In this document: piece by piece, positions 1-10,240 of the stretch
How the letters are laid out: each line of letters starts with the position of its first letter
How positions within the stretch are numbered: the first letter of the stretch is position 1
From: Candidatus Latescibacterota bacterium
GTDB lineage: Bacteria; Latescibacterota; UBA2968
Assembly: GCA_965116885.1 (NCBI GenBank)
Contig: OZ220741.1
Location: 32,001-96,000, forward strand
Length of the DNA: 64,000 nt
Direction of reading: 5' to 3'
The notes under the pieces: generated by a model
The model's database searches: none
Told to the model about the DNA's origin: nothing
The model's input: only the letters and a program-made list of their open reading frames with translations
Translations under genes and position numbers: made by a program

Positions 1-351
1 ATCAACTTCACGGGCCAACCGCGCATATGTCTCCGCGTCCATGCCGAGGTGATCTTGTGTCAAATCGCTCGGCACGGCAATGACTTTTTCGCGCATCACA
101 GCATCAAAACGACCCCCGAGTTCTGCGCGCAATCGCGTAAAGGCACTGGATTGCAAAATCTCCCTTTGCAGTCGATCTTCGGCACTAATGGGCTTGCCCC
201 CTCCCCGCCTTTGAGGTCGCACCATGAGATAAATGCGCCCAACATCTGGCGCATGGCAAAGGATTTTTCCCACTAATCCCTTGGCCAAAAAACCAGTTGC
301 ACCTGTAACAAACAGAACCTTGTGATTCAAAAATGGAATAACGACACTCAT
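1..351 (-). CDS. Fatty acyl-CoA reductase-like SDR (NAD_binding_4/male-sterility domain), N-terminal part; runs off the window start
   Basis: Not in the ORF track. Manual translation from ATG at 351: MSVVIPFLNHKVLFVTGATGFLAKGLVGKILCHAPDVGRIYLMVRP...REKVIAVPSDLTQDHLGMD...EVD, open to position 1. The TGxTGFL and IYLxVR pattern is typical of FARs. Confidence 0.8.
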   Translation of the reverse strand, partial: MSVVIPFLNHKVLFVTGATGFLAKGLVGKILCHAPDVGRIYLMVRPQRRGGGKPISAEDRLQREILQSSAFTRLRAELGGRFDAVMREKVIAVPSDLTQDHLGMDAETYARLAREVD

Positions 352-411
352 AAAAAGACCCCGGCATTACCAAAAAAATTAAAACGCAACAGCACTTAAA
401 TCACCTTCCCA

Positions 412-440
412 ATTAAAGGCGACCATTAGACTTGTGTCAA
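412..440 (-). promoter_or_regulatory. Putative sigma70 promoter for the reductase gene
   Basis: On the minus strand: TTGACA (440-435), 17-nt spacer, TTTAAT (417-412). Confidence 0.45.
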
Positions 441-488
441 CCCCTTTCTCGGGCAGTTCACAAGCGCAAATCCTTATCAAAAATGGGG

Positions 489-517
489 TTGACAAAAAAA
501 AGGTCAACTCCTATCTT
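489..517 (+). promoter_or_regulatory. Putative sigma70 promoter for the ndk/fab operon
   Basis: TTGACA (489-494), 17-nt spacer, TATCTT (512-517). Confidence 0.55.
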
Positions 518-565
518 GTCCTTCTTCAAGCCGTTATGAGCCTATTTTTTTATGGAATTTTATGC

Positions 566-964
566 ATGGAACGCACCTTGCTCATCGTCAAACCCGACGC
601 TGTTGCACAAAATGTAATCGGTGAAATCATTCGCCGTCTCGAAGAAAAAAAATTTCGAATTGTAAACCTAAAAATGGTTCGCCTCACGCGCAGACAGGCC
701 GCCGAATTTTATGCAGTACATCGCCAACGGCCTTTTTACAACGACTTGCTCGATTTTATGACCTCCGGTCCCTGTGTACCCATGGCACTCGAGCGAGACA
801 ACGCCGTTGCATTTTTGCGCGAAGTCATCGGCAGTACCAATCCCGAAGAAGCCGCAGAAGGAACCATTCGCAAAGACTTTGCAACCGATATTCAAAACAA
901 TGCCGTACACGCCTCAGATTCACTGGAAAATGCAGCCAAAGAAGTGGCTTTCTTTTTTAGCTAA
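566..964 (+). CDS. ndk: Nucleoside-diphosphate kinase
   Basis: [13 protein letters not shown] start, GTIRKDFA, catalytic NAVHASD; start moved to ATG 566. Confidence 0.97.
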   Translation: MERTLLIVKPDAVAQNVIGEIIRRLEEKKFRIVNLKMVRLTRRQAAEFYAVHRQRPFYNDLLDFMTSGPCVPMALERDNAVAFLREVIGSTNPEEAAEGTIRKDFATDIQNNAVHASDSLENAAKEVAFFFS

Positions 965-981
965 AAGCCGTTACCTACATT

Positions 982-1497
982 ATGAAAATCGACCTGAGAG
1001 ATATACAGGAAGGCGAAACCGAACTTTCGTTTGAAGAAACGCCTGCCGACCTGCACATTACCGGGGAAGACACCTCATTTGCAGGTGCCATAAACACCCG
1101 TCTCGTCGTGTACAAATACGGCGACTCGCTCTCTGCCAAAGGGCAAACCACCTGTCTGGTGCGCCCCGAATGCGCGCGGTGCCTGGAACCCATCGAATTT
1201 CCCATCGCCATCTCATACACATTCGTTTTTCAAAAAGGTCGCCCTGACCAGATGAACGATGACGATGATGAAACGCTGATCTGGCTCAATGAAGAACCCG
1301 GCGAAATAGACCTGGGCAATGACGTGAAAGACTATATTTTGCTCGAACTACCCATGATCCCAACCTGCGCTGCATCGCCTTCTGGCCCTTGCGAACGCTA
1401 TGAGCAAGACCCCCATGAATTACTGGAATACGAGCGTGAAAAGAGCCACGACCCGCGCTGGGATGCTCTCCGCGTACTAAAAGAAAACGAACAGTAA
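982..1497 (+). CDS. yceD: YceD/DUF177 family protein
   Basis: CARCL motif, C-terminal DPRWDAL, position upstream of rpmF. Confidence 0.9.
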   Translation: MKIDLRDIQEGETELSFEETPADLHITGEDTSFAGAINTRLVVYKYGDSLSAKGQTTCLVRPECARCLEPIEFPIAISYTFVFQKGRPDQMNDDDDETLIWLNEEPGEIDLGNDVKDYILLELPMIPTCAASPSGPCERYEQDPHELLEYEREKSHDPRWDALRVLKENEQ

Positions 1498-1527
1498 ACA
1501 GAGCAACAATCAAAAAGGAATACCACC

Positions 1528-1710
1528 ATGGCCAACCCCAAACGAAAAAGTTCAAATTCCCGCACAGGTAAACGCCGTGCCAATTGGAAACTGCGTCAAC
1601 CCACTTTTAACGAATGCCCCAACTGTGGGCAGCAAAAAATACCCCACCGGGTCTGTGGAAATTGTGGTTATTACAATGGACGCGAAGTGGTTGAAACCGA
1701 TGGCTTCTAA
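1528..1710 (+). CDS. rpmF: 50S ribosomal protein L32 (Zn-binding type)
   Basis: MANPKRKSS...[19 protein letters not shown]. Confidence 0.97.
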   Translation: MANPKRKSSNSRTGKRRANWKLRQPTFNECPNCGQQKIPHRVCGNCGYYNGREVVETDGF

Positions 1711-1756
1711 TTTTGGTCTAACGTCGCGCAGACTTTAGAGGAGCAGAGTAATTATC

Positions 1757-2749
1757 ATGTACCCCCTTACAGCCACCATCACCGGGGTTGGGCACTACGT
1801 CCCAGAACAGAAGCTGACCAATATCGACCTCGAAAAAATGGTCGATACATCCGACGAGTGGATCACTTCCCGCACCGGCATCAAAGAACGTCGCATTCTC
1901 GACGAGGGATTGGGCACGTCTTTTATGGCTCTAAAATCTCTGGAAGCCATTCTGCACAACAAAGGGCTCGATGCCAGAGATATCGACCTGCTCATCGTCG
2001 CAACCATCACGCCCGACATGGTATTTCCATCAACGGCCTGTCTGGTACAGGACCAAATTGGTGCCACAAATGCCTGGGCTTTTGATCTGGCGGCAGCCTG
2101 TAGCGGTTTTTTATATGCTCTGATGGTGGGGGGGCAATTTATTGAAACGGGCGCACACAAACGCGTAGTCGTCATTGGAGCCGACAAAATGAGCAGCATT
2201 ACAGACTACACCGATCGCGACACCTGCGTGCTCTTTGGCGATGGCGCGGGCGCCGTTTTACTCGAACCCGGCGAACCCGGTTTGGGGCTTAAAGACTTTA
2301 TCCTCTATTCTGATGGCAGCGGCGTAAAATATCTGCGACAACCCGCTGGCGGCAGCCTGCTTCCCGCCTCTCGTGAAACCGTTGAAAAAAAAATGCATTA
2401 CATTTATCAAGATGGTCGCGAAGTTTTCAAATTTGCAGTCCCCAAAATGGCGGAAGTTTCCGCTCAAATTCTCGAACGCAACGGCCTTGTCGGCAAAGAC
2501 ATCGCGCTTTTTGTGCCACATCAGGCCAACAAACGCATCATTGACGCCTGTGTCAAACGTACAGATATACCCGAAGATCGCGTTGTGGTCAATATTGACC
2601 GCTATGCCAATACCTCGGCTGCCACCATTCCCATTGGCCTGTCTGAAGCAGCCGAACAGAGCCGTCTCAATCGCGGTGACAACGTGTTGCTCGCCAGTGC
2701 CGGTGCGGGATATACCTGGGGCAGCACCCTGCTAACCTGGGCTTATTAG
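1757..2749 (+). CDS. fabH: Beta-ketoacyl-ACP synthase III
   Basis: AACSGF, PHQAN, NTSAA motifs. Confidence 0.96.
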   Translation: MYPLTATITGVGHYVPEQKLTNIDLEKMVDTSDEWITSRTGIKERRILDEGLGTSFMALKSLEAILHNKGLDARDIDLLIVATITPDMVFPSTACLVQDQIGATNAWAFDLAAACSGFLYALMVGGQFIETGAHKRVVVIGADKMSSITDYTDRDTCVLFGDGAGAVLLEPGEPGLGLKDFILYSDGSGVKYLRQPAGGSLLPASRETVEKKMHYIYQDGREVFKFAVPKMAEVSAQILERNGLVGKDIALFVPHQANKRIIDACVKRTDIPEDRVVVNIDRYANTSAATIPIGLSEAAEQSRLNRGDNVLLASAGAGYTWGSTLLTWAY

Positions 2750-3667
2750 ATGGAAAAAAAAATTTTCCTATTTCCAGGACAAGGTTCCCAATTCGTTGGC
2801 ATGGGATACGACCTGTACAGAAGCGCACCGGAAGCGCACCAAATTTTTGATCTTGCCGACGATGTGCTCGATATAGACATTAAGTCATTCTGCTTCAACG
2901 GTCCTGCCGAGTCACTCAAACAAACCGCAGTCACACAACCGGCAATTTTTGCCCACAGCATTGCTGCCCTTGAAATACTCAAAAGCCGGGGACTGCACCC
3001 CGACCTCGTGGCAGGACACAGTGTTGGAGAACTCGCCGCGCTCGTTGCGGCAGGTGTTATGCACGTCGAAGATGGCTTTCGGGTCGTCAGCGTTCGCGGA
3101 CATGCCATGCAAGTCGCGGGAAAAATTCGGCCAGGTACCATGGCAGCTGTGCTCGGTCTCGACGACGACGTGATGATTCGGCTTTGCGACGACCTCAGTT
3201 CTTCGGGTCATGTCACAACAGCCAATTTCAATTGCCCGGGGCAAGTGGTCCTATCTGGCGAGGAAAACGCCGTTGACGAAGCACTCGAAAAAGCCAAAGC
3301 ACTGGGAGCCAAACGCGCTGTGCTCTTGCCCGTAGGCGGCGCATTTCATTCGGCCTTGATGCAACCAGCCGTAACAGCACTGACCGACATACTCGAAAAT
3401 GTGCCATTTGTGCGGGCGCAAATCCCCGTGATCCCCAATGTCACGGCTGAACCCACACGCGATCCAGACCTGCTCAAAGACCTGTTGATTGAGCAAGTTA
3501 TTTCGCCTGTCCGCTGGACAGAATCCATGCAAAGGCTCATAGCAGAAGGCATGACTGAAGCCCTCGAAGTGGGACCAGGCAATGTGCTCAAGGGTCTCAT
3601 GCGCCGCATTGACCGCAATATTTTAGTCCGCGAAGCCGGCACATTGGAAGCCATTGAACAACTTTAG
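2750..3667 (+). CDS. fabD: Malonyl-CoA:ACP transacylase
   Basis: FPGQGSQ, GHSVGE, GAFHS. Confidence 0.96.
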   Translation: MEKKIFLFPGQGSQFVGMGYDLYRSAPEAHQIFDLADDVLDIDIKSFCFNGPAESLKQTAVTQPAIFAHSIAALEILKSRGLHPDLVAGHSVGELAALVAAGVMHVEDGFRVVSVRGHAMQVAGKIRPGTMAAVLGLDDDVMIRLCDDLSSSGHVTTANFNCPGQVVLSGEENAVDEALEKAKALGAKRAVLLPVGGAFHSALMQPAVTALTDILENVPFVRAQIPVIPNVTAEPTRDPDLLKDLLIEQVISPVRWTESMQRLIAEGMTEALEVGPGNVLKGLMRRIDRNILVREAGTLEAIEQL

Positions 3668-3690
3668 AACATTTAACCGACAATTATCTC

Positions 3691-4437
3691 ATGAACCGAC
3701 TCACAGATAAAACAGCTCTTATAACAGGTGGGTCTCGCGGCATTGGCGAGGCCATTGCCCTGCGCCTTGCGCGCGAAGGAGCCAACATCGCCGTATGTGC
3801 CAGCCAGAGCACGGAAGCTGCAGAAGTCGTGGCCGAAAAAATCCGCGAACAGGGCAGAGAGGCCATTGTACGACAAACCGATGTATCCAATGCCGAATCA
3901 GTTGAAGCCCTTGTAAAGACCGTCCTCGACACCTGGGGCAAAATTGATATACTCGTCAACAATGCGGGTATCACCCGCGACAATTTGCTGATGCGTATGA
4001 AAGAAGACGAGTGGGATGCTGTTCTTGGCGTCAACCTCAAAGGTGCGTACCATTGTATCAAAGCCGTCATCCGTCCCATGATGAAGGCGCGAACCGGTCG
4101 CATCATCAACGTCTCATCGGTCGTGGGACTCACGGGCAATGCCGGGCAGATCAATTACGCCGCATCCAAATCGGGCCTTATTGGCCTGACCAAATCGGTA
4201 GCCCGAGAATTGGCCAGCCGCAATATTACGGCCAACGCCATTGCGCCCGGATTTATTCCAACGGACATGACCGCCAAACTCAACGACAAAATACAAGAAC
4301 AGTTGATCGCACAGATTCCACTGGGCAAACTCGGTAGCCCCGACGATGTCGCTGCTGCCACAGCCTTTCTCGCCTCTGACGACGCGGCCTATATTACCGG
4401 ACAGGTTCTCGTTGTCGATGGCGGAATGGTGATGTAA
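3691..4437 (+). CDS. fabG: 3-oxoacyl-ACP reductase
   Basis: TGGSRGIG, NNAGITRD, YAASK. Confidence 0.96.
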   Translation: MNRLTDKTALITGGSRGIGEAIALRLAREGANIAVCASQSTEAAEVVAEKIREQGREAIVRQTDVSNAESVEALVKTVLDTWGKIDILVNNAGITRDNLLMRMKEDEWDAVLGVNLKGAYHCIKAVIRPMMKARTGRIINVSSVVGLTGNAGQINYAASKSGLIGLTKSVARELASRNITANAIAPGFIPTDMTAKLNDKIQEQLIAQIPLGKLGSPDDVAAATAFLASDDAAYITGQVLVVDGGMVM

Positions 4438-4479
4438 ATAATCACTACACACTACACACTGCAAACGGAGGGCTTCACA

Positions 4480-4719
4480 ATGACCGATGATATTCAACAA
4501 AAAGTTACTGACCTGATTGTTGACCAACTCGGAGTCGATGCCGATAGCGTCAATGCCGACGCCCATTTTATTGACGATCTGGGCGCAGACTCGCTCGACA
4601 CAGTCGAACTGGTCATGGCTTTCGAAGAAGAATTTGACATGGAAATCTCCGATGAAGACGCCGAAAAGCTCGAAACAGTTGGCGATGCCATCGCATACTT
4701 AGACGAACGTCTGGATTAA
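4480..4719 (+). CDS. acpP: Acyl carrier protein
   Basis: [12 protein letters not shown] phosphopantetheine site. Confidence 0.97.
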   Translation: MTDDIQQKVTDLIVDQLGVDADSVNADAHFIDDLGADSLDTVELVMAFEEEFDMEISDEDAEKLETVGDAIAYLDERLD

Positions 4720-4769
4720 TTCGGGAACTGGAGGCTGGAACCAATCTCAAGCCTTCAGGAGGTCATTTA

Positions 4770-6020
4770 GTGAACAGACAACGCAGAGTGGTCATCACCG
4801 GCATGGGCGCACTTGCCCCCAATGGCAATACCACAAAAAGCTATTGGGAAGCACTGTGCAATGGACAAACAGGTGTTGGCCCCATAACAAAATTTGACGC
4901 CACCGATTTCCGCGTGCAATTTGCTGCCGAAATCAAAAACTTTGATCCAGAACACTTTGGCATTGATCGTCGCAGCCAGCGTCGTATGGACCTCTTTACC
5001 CAATACGCCATTGCATCATCTGTTCAAGCCGTAGAAAATGCAGGTCTCGACATCAGTAATGAACAGGCCGAACGAATCGGGGTTGTATTTGGCTCGGGCA
5101 TTGGCGGCATCCAAACCTTTGAGGATCAGCACGAAGCCTATCGCAAAGATGGTCCAAGACGCATCAGTCCGCTTTTTGTACCCATGATGATCCCCGACAT
5201 GTCCGCAGGTCAAGTATCCATCCACCTCGGTGCCAAAGGCCCCAATTATACCACCGTCACAGCTTGCGCCTCGGCAGCCCATGCCATTGGCAATGCAGCC
5301 CGAGAAATTTGGGACGACGAAGCCGATGTCATGATCACAGGGGGCGCAGAAGCCGCCATTACCCCGATGTCAGTGGGTGGATTTGCCGCGGCGCGAACGC
5401 TTTCAACCCGCAACGACGCCCCAACGCAAGCCAGCCGTCCCTTTGACGCAGACCGAGATGGATTTGTAATTGGAGAAGGCGCCGGTGGGCTTGTTCTGGA
5501 AGAACTCCAACGCGCAACACAACGGGGCGCCACCATCTATGCCGAAGTAGTGGGGACGGGCTACACTGGTGATGCCTATCACATTACCGGTATGGCACCT
5601 GGTGGCGAGGGGGGTGCCCGCGCCATGTGCCGCGCCATGCGACAGGCGCAGATCAATCCCGAAGACGTGGCTTATATCAACGCACACGGCACATCAACAC
5701 CCGTGGGTGACCCGGCAGAAACAGCCGCCATCAAATCCGTATTTGGCGATTATGCCAAAAAGCTCGCCGTCAGTTCGACAAAATCCATGACCGGACATCT
5801 TTTGGGGGCTTCGGGTGCGATTGAAACCATTGCAACAACCCTGGCGGTTCACCACAATGTGGTACCGCCCACGATCAACTATGAAACACCCGATCCAGAA
5901 TGCGACCTCGATTACGTGCCCAATGAAGCGCGAGAAATACCCGTCGAAATCGCCATTAGCAACTCCTTTGGCTTCGGGGGTCACAACGCAGTACTCATCC
6001 TGCGCAAGTTTCGCAACTAA
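4770..6020 (+). CDS. fabF: Beta-ketoacyl-ACP synthase II
   Basis: TACAS, NAHGTST, GHLLGA, SFGFGG. Confidence 0.96.
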   Translation: MNRQRRVVITGMGALAPNGNTTKSYWEALCNGQTGVGPITKFDATDFRVQFAAEIKNFDPEHFGIDRRSQRRMDLFTQYAIASSVQAVENAGLDISNEQAERIGVVFGSGIGGIQTFEDQHEAYRKDGPRRISPLFVPMMIPDMSAGQVSIHLGAKGPNYTTVTACASAAHAIGNAAREIWDDEADVMITGGAEAAITPMSVGGFAAARTLSTRNDAPTQASRPFDADRDGFVIGEGAGGLVLEELQRATQRGATIYAEVVGTGYTGDAYHITGMAPGGEGGARAMCRAMRQAQINPEDVAYINAHGTSTPVGDPAETAAIKSVFGDYAKKLAVSSTKSMTGHLLGASGAIETIATTLAVHHNVVPPTINYETPDPECDLDYVPNEAREIPVEIAISNSFGFGGHNAVLILRKFRN

Positions 6021-6031
6021 CGAGACCATGC

Positions 6032-6808
6032 ATGCTACGTGAATTGAAAGGGGGCGGTTTTATCCGACTCGGAACCGTCTTACAAACAATCAGACGCTGG
6101 TCCGCGGGCGTCAGAGTGCGTTCCCAGGAAGAACTCCAACGCAAACTCGGTTATACCTTTTCCAATACCGCTTTACTCGAACAAGCCCTTAAACACCGAT
6201 CCCATGTTTACGTCACTCAAGAAGGCAGCATTGCTTCCAACGAACGCCTGGAATTTTTGGGCGACGCAGTGCTCGATCTCATTGTGACAGAACATCTCTA
6301 CAATCAGTTCAGAAAGAAAAGAGAAGGCGAACTCACACAGATCAAGTCTCTGCTCGTCAGCAAGGTAGTTCTGGCCGAAAAAGGCCGAAAAATCCAACTC
6401 GGAGAATATCTCTATTTGAGCAAAGAAGAAATCTCATCTGGTGGGCGCCAACGCACCTCAATTATCGGCGATGCTTTCGAAGCGCTCTTAGGTGCGGTTT
6501 ACCTCGATGGCGGGCTTGAAGCTGCTCGCTCATTTGTCGAACGCACAATTCTAACCAATGTTGAGGAAATCCTCGCCGACGGCAACTATCTCAACTTCAA
6601 AAGCCTGCTTCTCGAATATACACAGAGCACGGGAAAGGGTCATCCGCGATATCAGCCCATATCCGAAGAAGGCCCAGATCACCGAAAAATTTTCTTTATT
6701 GAAGTAACCCTTCAGGGCGATCGATTGGGCGAAGGACAGGGACGCAGTAAAAAAGAAGCCCAACAGATGGCCGCAAAAGACGCGCTCAGACATCTGGGCC
6801 TGCACTAA
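6032..6808 (+). CDS. rnc: Ribonuclease III
   Basis: NERLEFLGDAVL signature plus C-terminal dsRBD; exact start uncertain. Confidence 0.95.
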   Translation: MLRELKGGGFIRLGTVLQTIRRWSAGVRVRSQEELQRKLGYTFSNTALLEQALKHRSHVYVTQEGSIASNERLEFLGDAVLDLIVTEHLYNQFRKKREGELTQIKSLLVSKVVLAEKGRKIQLGEYLYLSKEEISSGGRQRTSIIGDAFEALLGAVYLDGGLEAARSFVERTILTNVEEILADGNYLNFKSLLLEYTQSTGKGHPRYQPISEEGPDHRKIFFIEVTLQGDRLGEGQGRSKKEAQQMAAKDALRHLGLH

Positions 6809-6810
6809 CC

Positions 6811-7644
6811 ATGACACAATGCAATCCCCCCACATGGCGTTTCCTGAATACTCAACACGGAAACGCCTTTTTTAATATGGCAGTCGATGAAGCTCTCGTG
6901 CGCTCGATAGGTGCTCAGCCCGCATTTCGCGTTTACGGGTGGCAACCGCCCGCGGTCTCTTTTGGATATGCACAGCGCATCAGCCGCGAAGTCGATGCTC
7001 AAAAAGTTCGCGAGCGCGGTATCGACATTGTCCGCCGTCCCACCGGTGGTCGCGCTATCTTGCACTGGAACGAACTGACCTATAGCGTTATCTGCCCTGC
7101 CGACAATCCCGTAATGGGGGGCAATATCAACGAAGCCTATCGCAGAATCAGCGAGGGCCTTTTGGCGGGTATTCGCGCTCTCGGCGTCGATGCGACCTTT
7201 GAATCCCGCCGCCAGACACAGCCCTCACCGCGCGGCAAAGAACTCACCGCGCCCTGTTTTACCAGCACAGCACAATACGAAGTCAAATTCAAGGGACGCA
7301 AACTCATCGGTAGCGCGCAACAGCGCATCGGCACAATGCTCTTGCAGCACGGGTCTCTCTTACTCGGCCCAGAGCACAAACAAATCGTCGATCTTCTGCC
7401 CGGCGACAAACCCGGCCTGAAGAAGCGTTTTGCACGCGAACTCGACCGCCACACCATCTCTCTCTCTGAAGCCCTCGCATCCCCCATCGATTTTGATACG
7501 GCGGCTACCGCCATCCGACAAGGCATTCAAAAGACCTTTAACATCCAGCTTATTGAAGCCGCGCTCGGCAAAACCGAAATCGCCGAAACCCAACGCCTCA
7601 TCGCCGAGAAATACGCAACGCATGAATGGAATGACAAGTATTGA
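6811..7644 (+). CDS. Lipoate-protein ligase/octanoyltransferase (LplA/LipM-type catalytic domain)
   Basis: NMAVDEAL, RRPTGGRAILH, KLIGSAQ, LQHGS. Confidence 0.88.
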   Translation: MTQCNPPTWRFLNTQHGNAFFNMAVDEALVRSIGAQPAFRVYGWQPPAVSFGYAQRISREVDAQKVRERGIDIVRRPTGGRAILHWNELTYSVICPADNPVMGGNINEAYRRISEGLLAGIRALGVDATFESRRQTQPSPRGKELTAPCFTSTAQYEVKFKGRKLIGSAQQRIGTMLLQHGSLLLGPEHKQIVDLLPGDKPGLKKRFARELDRHTISLSEALASPIDFDTAATAIRQGIQKTFNIQLIEAALGKTEIAETQRLIAEKYATHEWNDKY

Positions 7645-8053
7645 ATCTTCAAAGACCTGGACCTCACATCCCCTGCGCGAAGAGCCTTTGGCAAAATCTG
7701 TTTTACTCGTGCTCATCATCCTGAGCGTCGCGCTTATTGTCGGCGTGAGCTTTCAAAGCATCACCTTCGCCTTTCTTTCACTCATATTGCTCACCGCGGC
7801 GATGTCCCGTTATCTCTTTATAACGCGCTATGCTATTGACGCTCACGGTTTTACCATTTCACATATCGGTATGCGCAGGCAGTATTTGTGGACAAGTTTT
7901 CGCCGTGTCGCAATCCATCCCGACGGCATCTTCTTAAGTCCTTTTGTCAAACCGCATCGTCTCGACACCTTTCGCGGTCAATTTCTGCACTCGAAAAACC
8001 CCTCTGAGATCTACCATGTCGTCCAAAAATACATCGCTATTGATCCGGCTTAA
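7631..8053 (+). CDS. Hypothetical membrane protein (2 TM plus small beta domain)
   Basis: Hydrophobic segments; overlaps both neighbours; start (7622 or 7631) uncertain. Confidence 0.65.
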   Translation: MTSIESSKTWTSHPLREEPLAKSVLLVLIILSVALIVGVSFQSITFAFLSLILLTAAMSRYLFITRYAIDAHGFTISHIGMRRQYLWTSFRRVAIHPDGIFLSPFVKPHRLDTFRGQFLHSKNPSEIYHVVQKYIAIDPA

Positions 8054-8369
8054 GAATTATTGCGCCCATGCCTTTGCCGTCTCTCCACCCGAAAGTGCTA
8101 TCACTGAAGATGATGAAGTTCTCGCCGAAAAAGCCGCCGCCTTCATCGTGAGGCGCAGACTCACAGCACCAGCCATTATGTTACTTGAAACCGGGCGGCC
8201 CTTTAACTATATTGGCAGCCAACTTTTGACTTTCTTATCGCCCTTCGTATCTATCATCTTCTCCTCAACAGCTGAGTTTGACCGCTTCACGCGCTTTCTG
8301 GAAAAGCGAGAAAGCATTCCCTGCCTCATTCGCCACATTGAAACCCTGGAAAACAAAAACCATGGATAA
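8016..8369 (+). CDS. Hypothetical protein
   Basis: MSSKNTSLLIRL...; fills the gap and its stop overlaps the next start. Confidence 0.65.
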   Translation: MSSKNTSLLIRLKNYCAHAFAVSPPESAITEDDEVLAEKAAAFIVRRRLTAPAIMLLETGRPFNYIGSQLLTFLSPFVSIIFSSTAEFDRFTRFLEKRESIPCLIRHIETLENKNHG

Positions 8370-10149
8370 ACTCAATGTCATCATCGCTACTGATTGCGGC
8401 AGCACCACGACCAAAGCCATCCTGATAGAAAAAAAAGACGATATCTATCGCCAAACCTATCGAGGCGAAGCACCAACCACAGTTGAAGCTCCCTACGAGG
8501 ACGTCACGCGCGGCGTTCTCAATGCTATTCAAGAAGTTGAAGAACTCTCCGGCAGACAAATTCTCGACGGCGAAACCATCATCACACCCGCAGAAGATCA
8601 TCGCGGAGTTGACATCTACATTTCCACCAGCAGCGCGGGCGGCGGCCTGCAAATGATGGTCGGCGGTGTCATTCAGGCCATGACCGGCGAAAGCGCGCAG
8701 CGTTGCGCCCTCGGCGCAGGCGCAATTGTCATGGACATTCTCGCGTCCAACGACGGACGGCAGCCCCACGAAAAAATCGAACGCATTCGCCAGTTGCGCC
8801 CCGATATGGTGCTCCTTTCCGGCGGCACAGATGGCGGCACCATTTCGCACGTTGTCGAATTGGCCGAATTTATCTCGGCAGCCGATCCCAAACCGCGATT
8901 TGGATCGGGATACCAACTCCCCGTCATTTACGCTGGAAACAAAGATGCCGCGCAGGAAATTGAACGCACCCTGGGCGACAAAACAGCCCTCACCGTCACG
9001 GAAAACATCCGCCCCACGCTCGAAGAAGAAAACCTCGGACCTGCTCGCCATGTGATCCACGACCTCTTTCTCGAACACGTCATGGCGCAAGCACCCGGTT
9101 ATCGAAAACTCATCTCCTGGACAGGCGCGCCCATCATGCCCACGCCCGGCGCAGTTGGCCTCATGATGCAAACCGTATCCAAACAACAAAATATCAATGT
9201 CGTGGGCGTTGACATAGGCGGCGCCACCACCGACGTGTTCAGCGTCTTCGACGATATCTTCAACCGCACGGTATCTGCCAACCTCGGCATGTCATACAGC
9301 GTATCCAACGTACTCGCCGAAGCGGGCCTCGACGATGTCATGCGTTGGGTACCTTTCAAAATTGACGAAGCCGACCTGCGAGACCGCATCAAAAACAAAA
9401 TGATCCGCCCCACCACAATTCCGCAAATGCTCGAAGAACTTCAGGTCGAACAGGCCATTGCCCGCGAAGCCCTCCGTCTGGCCTTTGTCCAGCACCGCGC
9501 ACTCGCCGTGGGTCTCAAAGGCGTACAGGCAGAGCGTACCCTGTCCGATGTATTCGACCAATCCGCAGGCGGAGATAGTCTCATCAAAATGCGCGACCTC
9601 GACCTCCTCGTCGGAAGCGGCGGCGTTTTATCTCACGCCCCACGTCGAATGCAAACAGCCGCCATGCTCATCGACGCCTTCCAGCCCGAAGGCATCACCC
9701 GCCTCGCCGTTGACAGCATCTTTATGATGCCACACCTCGGCGTACTCTCATCGGTCAATGAAATTGCCGCCACGCAGGTTTTTGAACGCGACTGCCTCAT
9801 CTACCTCGGCACGTGTATCGCACCCATCGTCCAGGGCAAAATAGGCGCGCCCTGTGCACAATACGAAATCGCCCTTCCCGACGGAACCCAATCCGGCACC
9901 CTGAATATTGGCGATCTTCTGCACTTCCCGCTCGAAGCAGATCAGGAAGCACACATCACCTTACAACCCGAGCGCAACACAGACGCAGGTGCCGGACCGG
10001 GTCGAGAATTAAACACAACAGTCAAAGGAGGCACCGCCGGACTAATCCTCGACGGACGCGGTCGCCCCATTGTATTTGCCGAAAATCAATCCGAACGCAC
10101 TGATCAAATAAGCCGGTGGAGCGAGACCCTCGACCTCTACCCCCGGTAA
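8362..10149 (+). CDS. GlmL/MutL-like (glutamate mutase L family) ASKHA ATPase
   Basis: DCGSTTTK and VDIGGATTDV actin-fold phosphate motifs, SSAGGGL, LSGGTDGG, TVSANLGM. Confidence 0.8.
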   Translation: MDKLNVIIATDCGSTTTKAILIEKKDDIYRQTYRGEAPTTVEAPYEDVTRGVLNAIQEVEELSGRQILDGETIITPAEDHRGVDIYISTSSAGGGLQMMVGGVIQAMTGESAQRCALGAGAIVMDILASNDGRQPHEKIERIRQLRPDMVLLSGGTDGGTISHVVELAEFISAADPKPRFGSGYQLPVIYAGNKDAAQEIERTLGDKTALTVTENIRPTLEEENLGPARHVIHDLFLEHVMAQAPGYRKLISWTGAPIMPTPGAVGLMMQTVSKQQNINVVGVDIGGATTDVFSVFDDIFNRTVSANLGMSYSVSNVLAEAGLDDVMRWVPFKIDEADLRDRIKNKMIRPTTIPQMLEELQVEQAIAREALRLAFVQHRALAVGLKGVQAERTLSDVFDQSAGGDSLIKMRDLDLLVGSGGVLSHAPRRMQTAAMLIDAFQPEGITRLAVDSIFMMPHLGVLSSVNEIAATQVFERDCLIYLGTCIAPIVQGKIGAPCAQYEIALPDGTQSGTLNIGDLLHFPLEADQEAHITLQPERNTDAGAGPGRELNTTVKGGTAGLILDGRGRPIVFAENQSERTDQISRWSETLDLYPR

Positions 10150-10183
10150 GTGAAAGAGCAAGGTCATGATTTATTTATTTTTC

Positions 10184-10211
10184 TTGTAAAGTAGCCCACG
10201 CATTGTATATT
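10184..10211 (+). promoter_or_regulatory. Possible internal sigma70 promoter
   Basis: TTGTAA-16 nt-TATATT in an AT-rich intergenic gap. Confidence 0.3.
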
Positions 10212-10240
10212 CCGTTATTCGTAACCTCAGGTACTACTCT

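Noticed and set aside
49..373. ORF-track entries 49..276(+) and 185..373(-)
   Set aside because: Shadow frames over the reductase CDS at 1..351(-).
8362..10149. Calling this gene glutamate mutase or mismatch-repair MutL
   Set aside because: Motifs are actin-fold (ASKHA); no B12-binding or GHKL motifs and no mutase subunits nearby.
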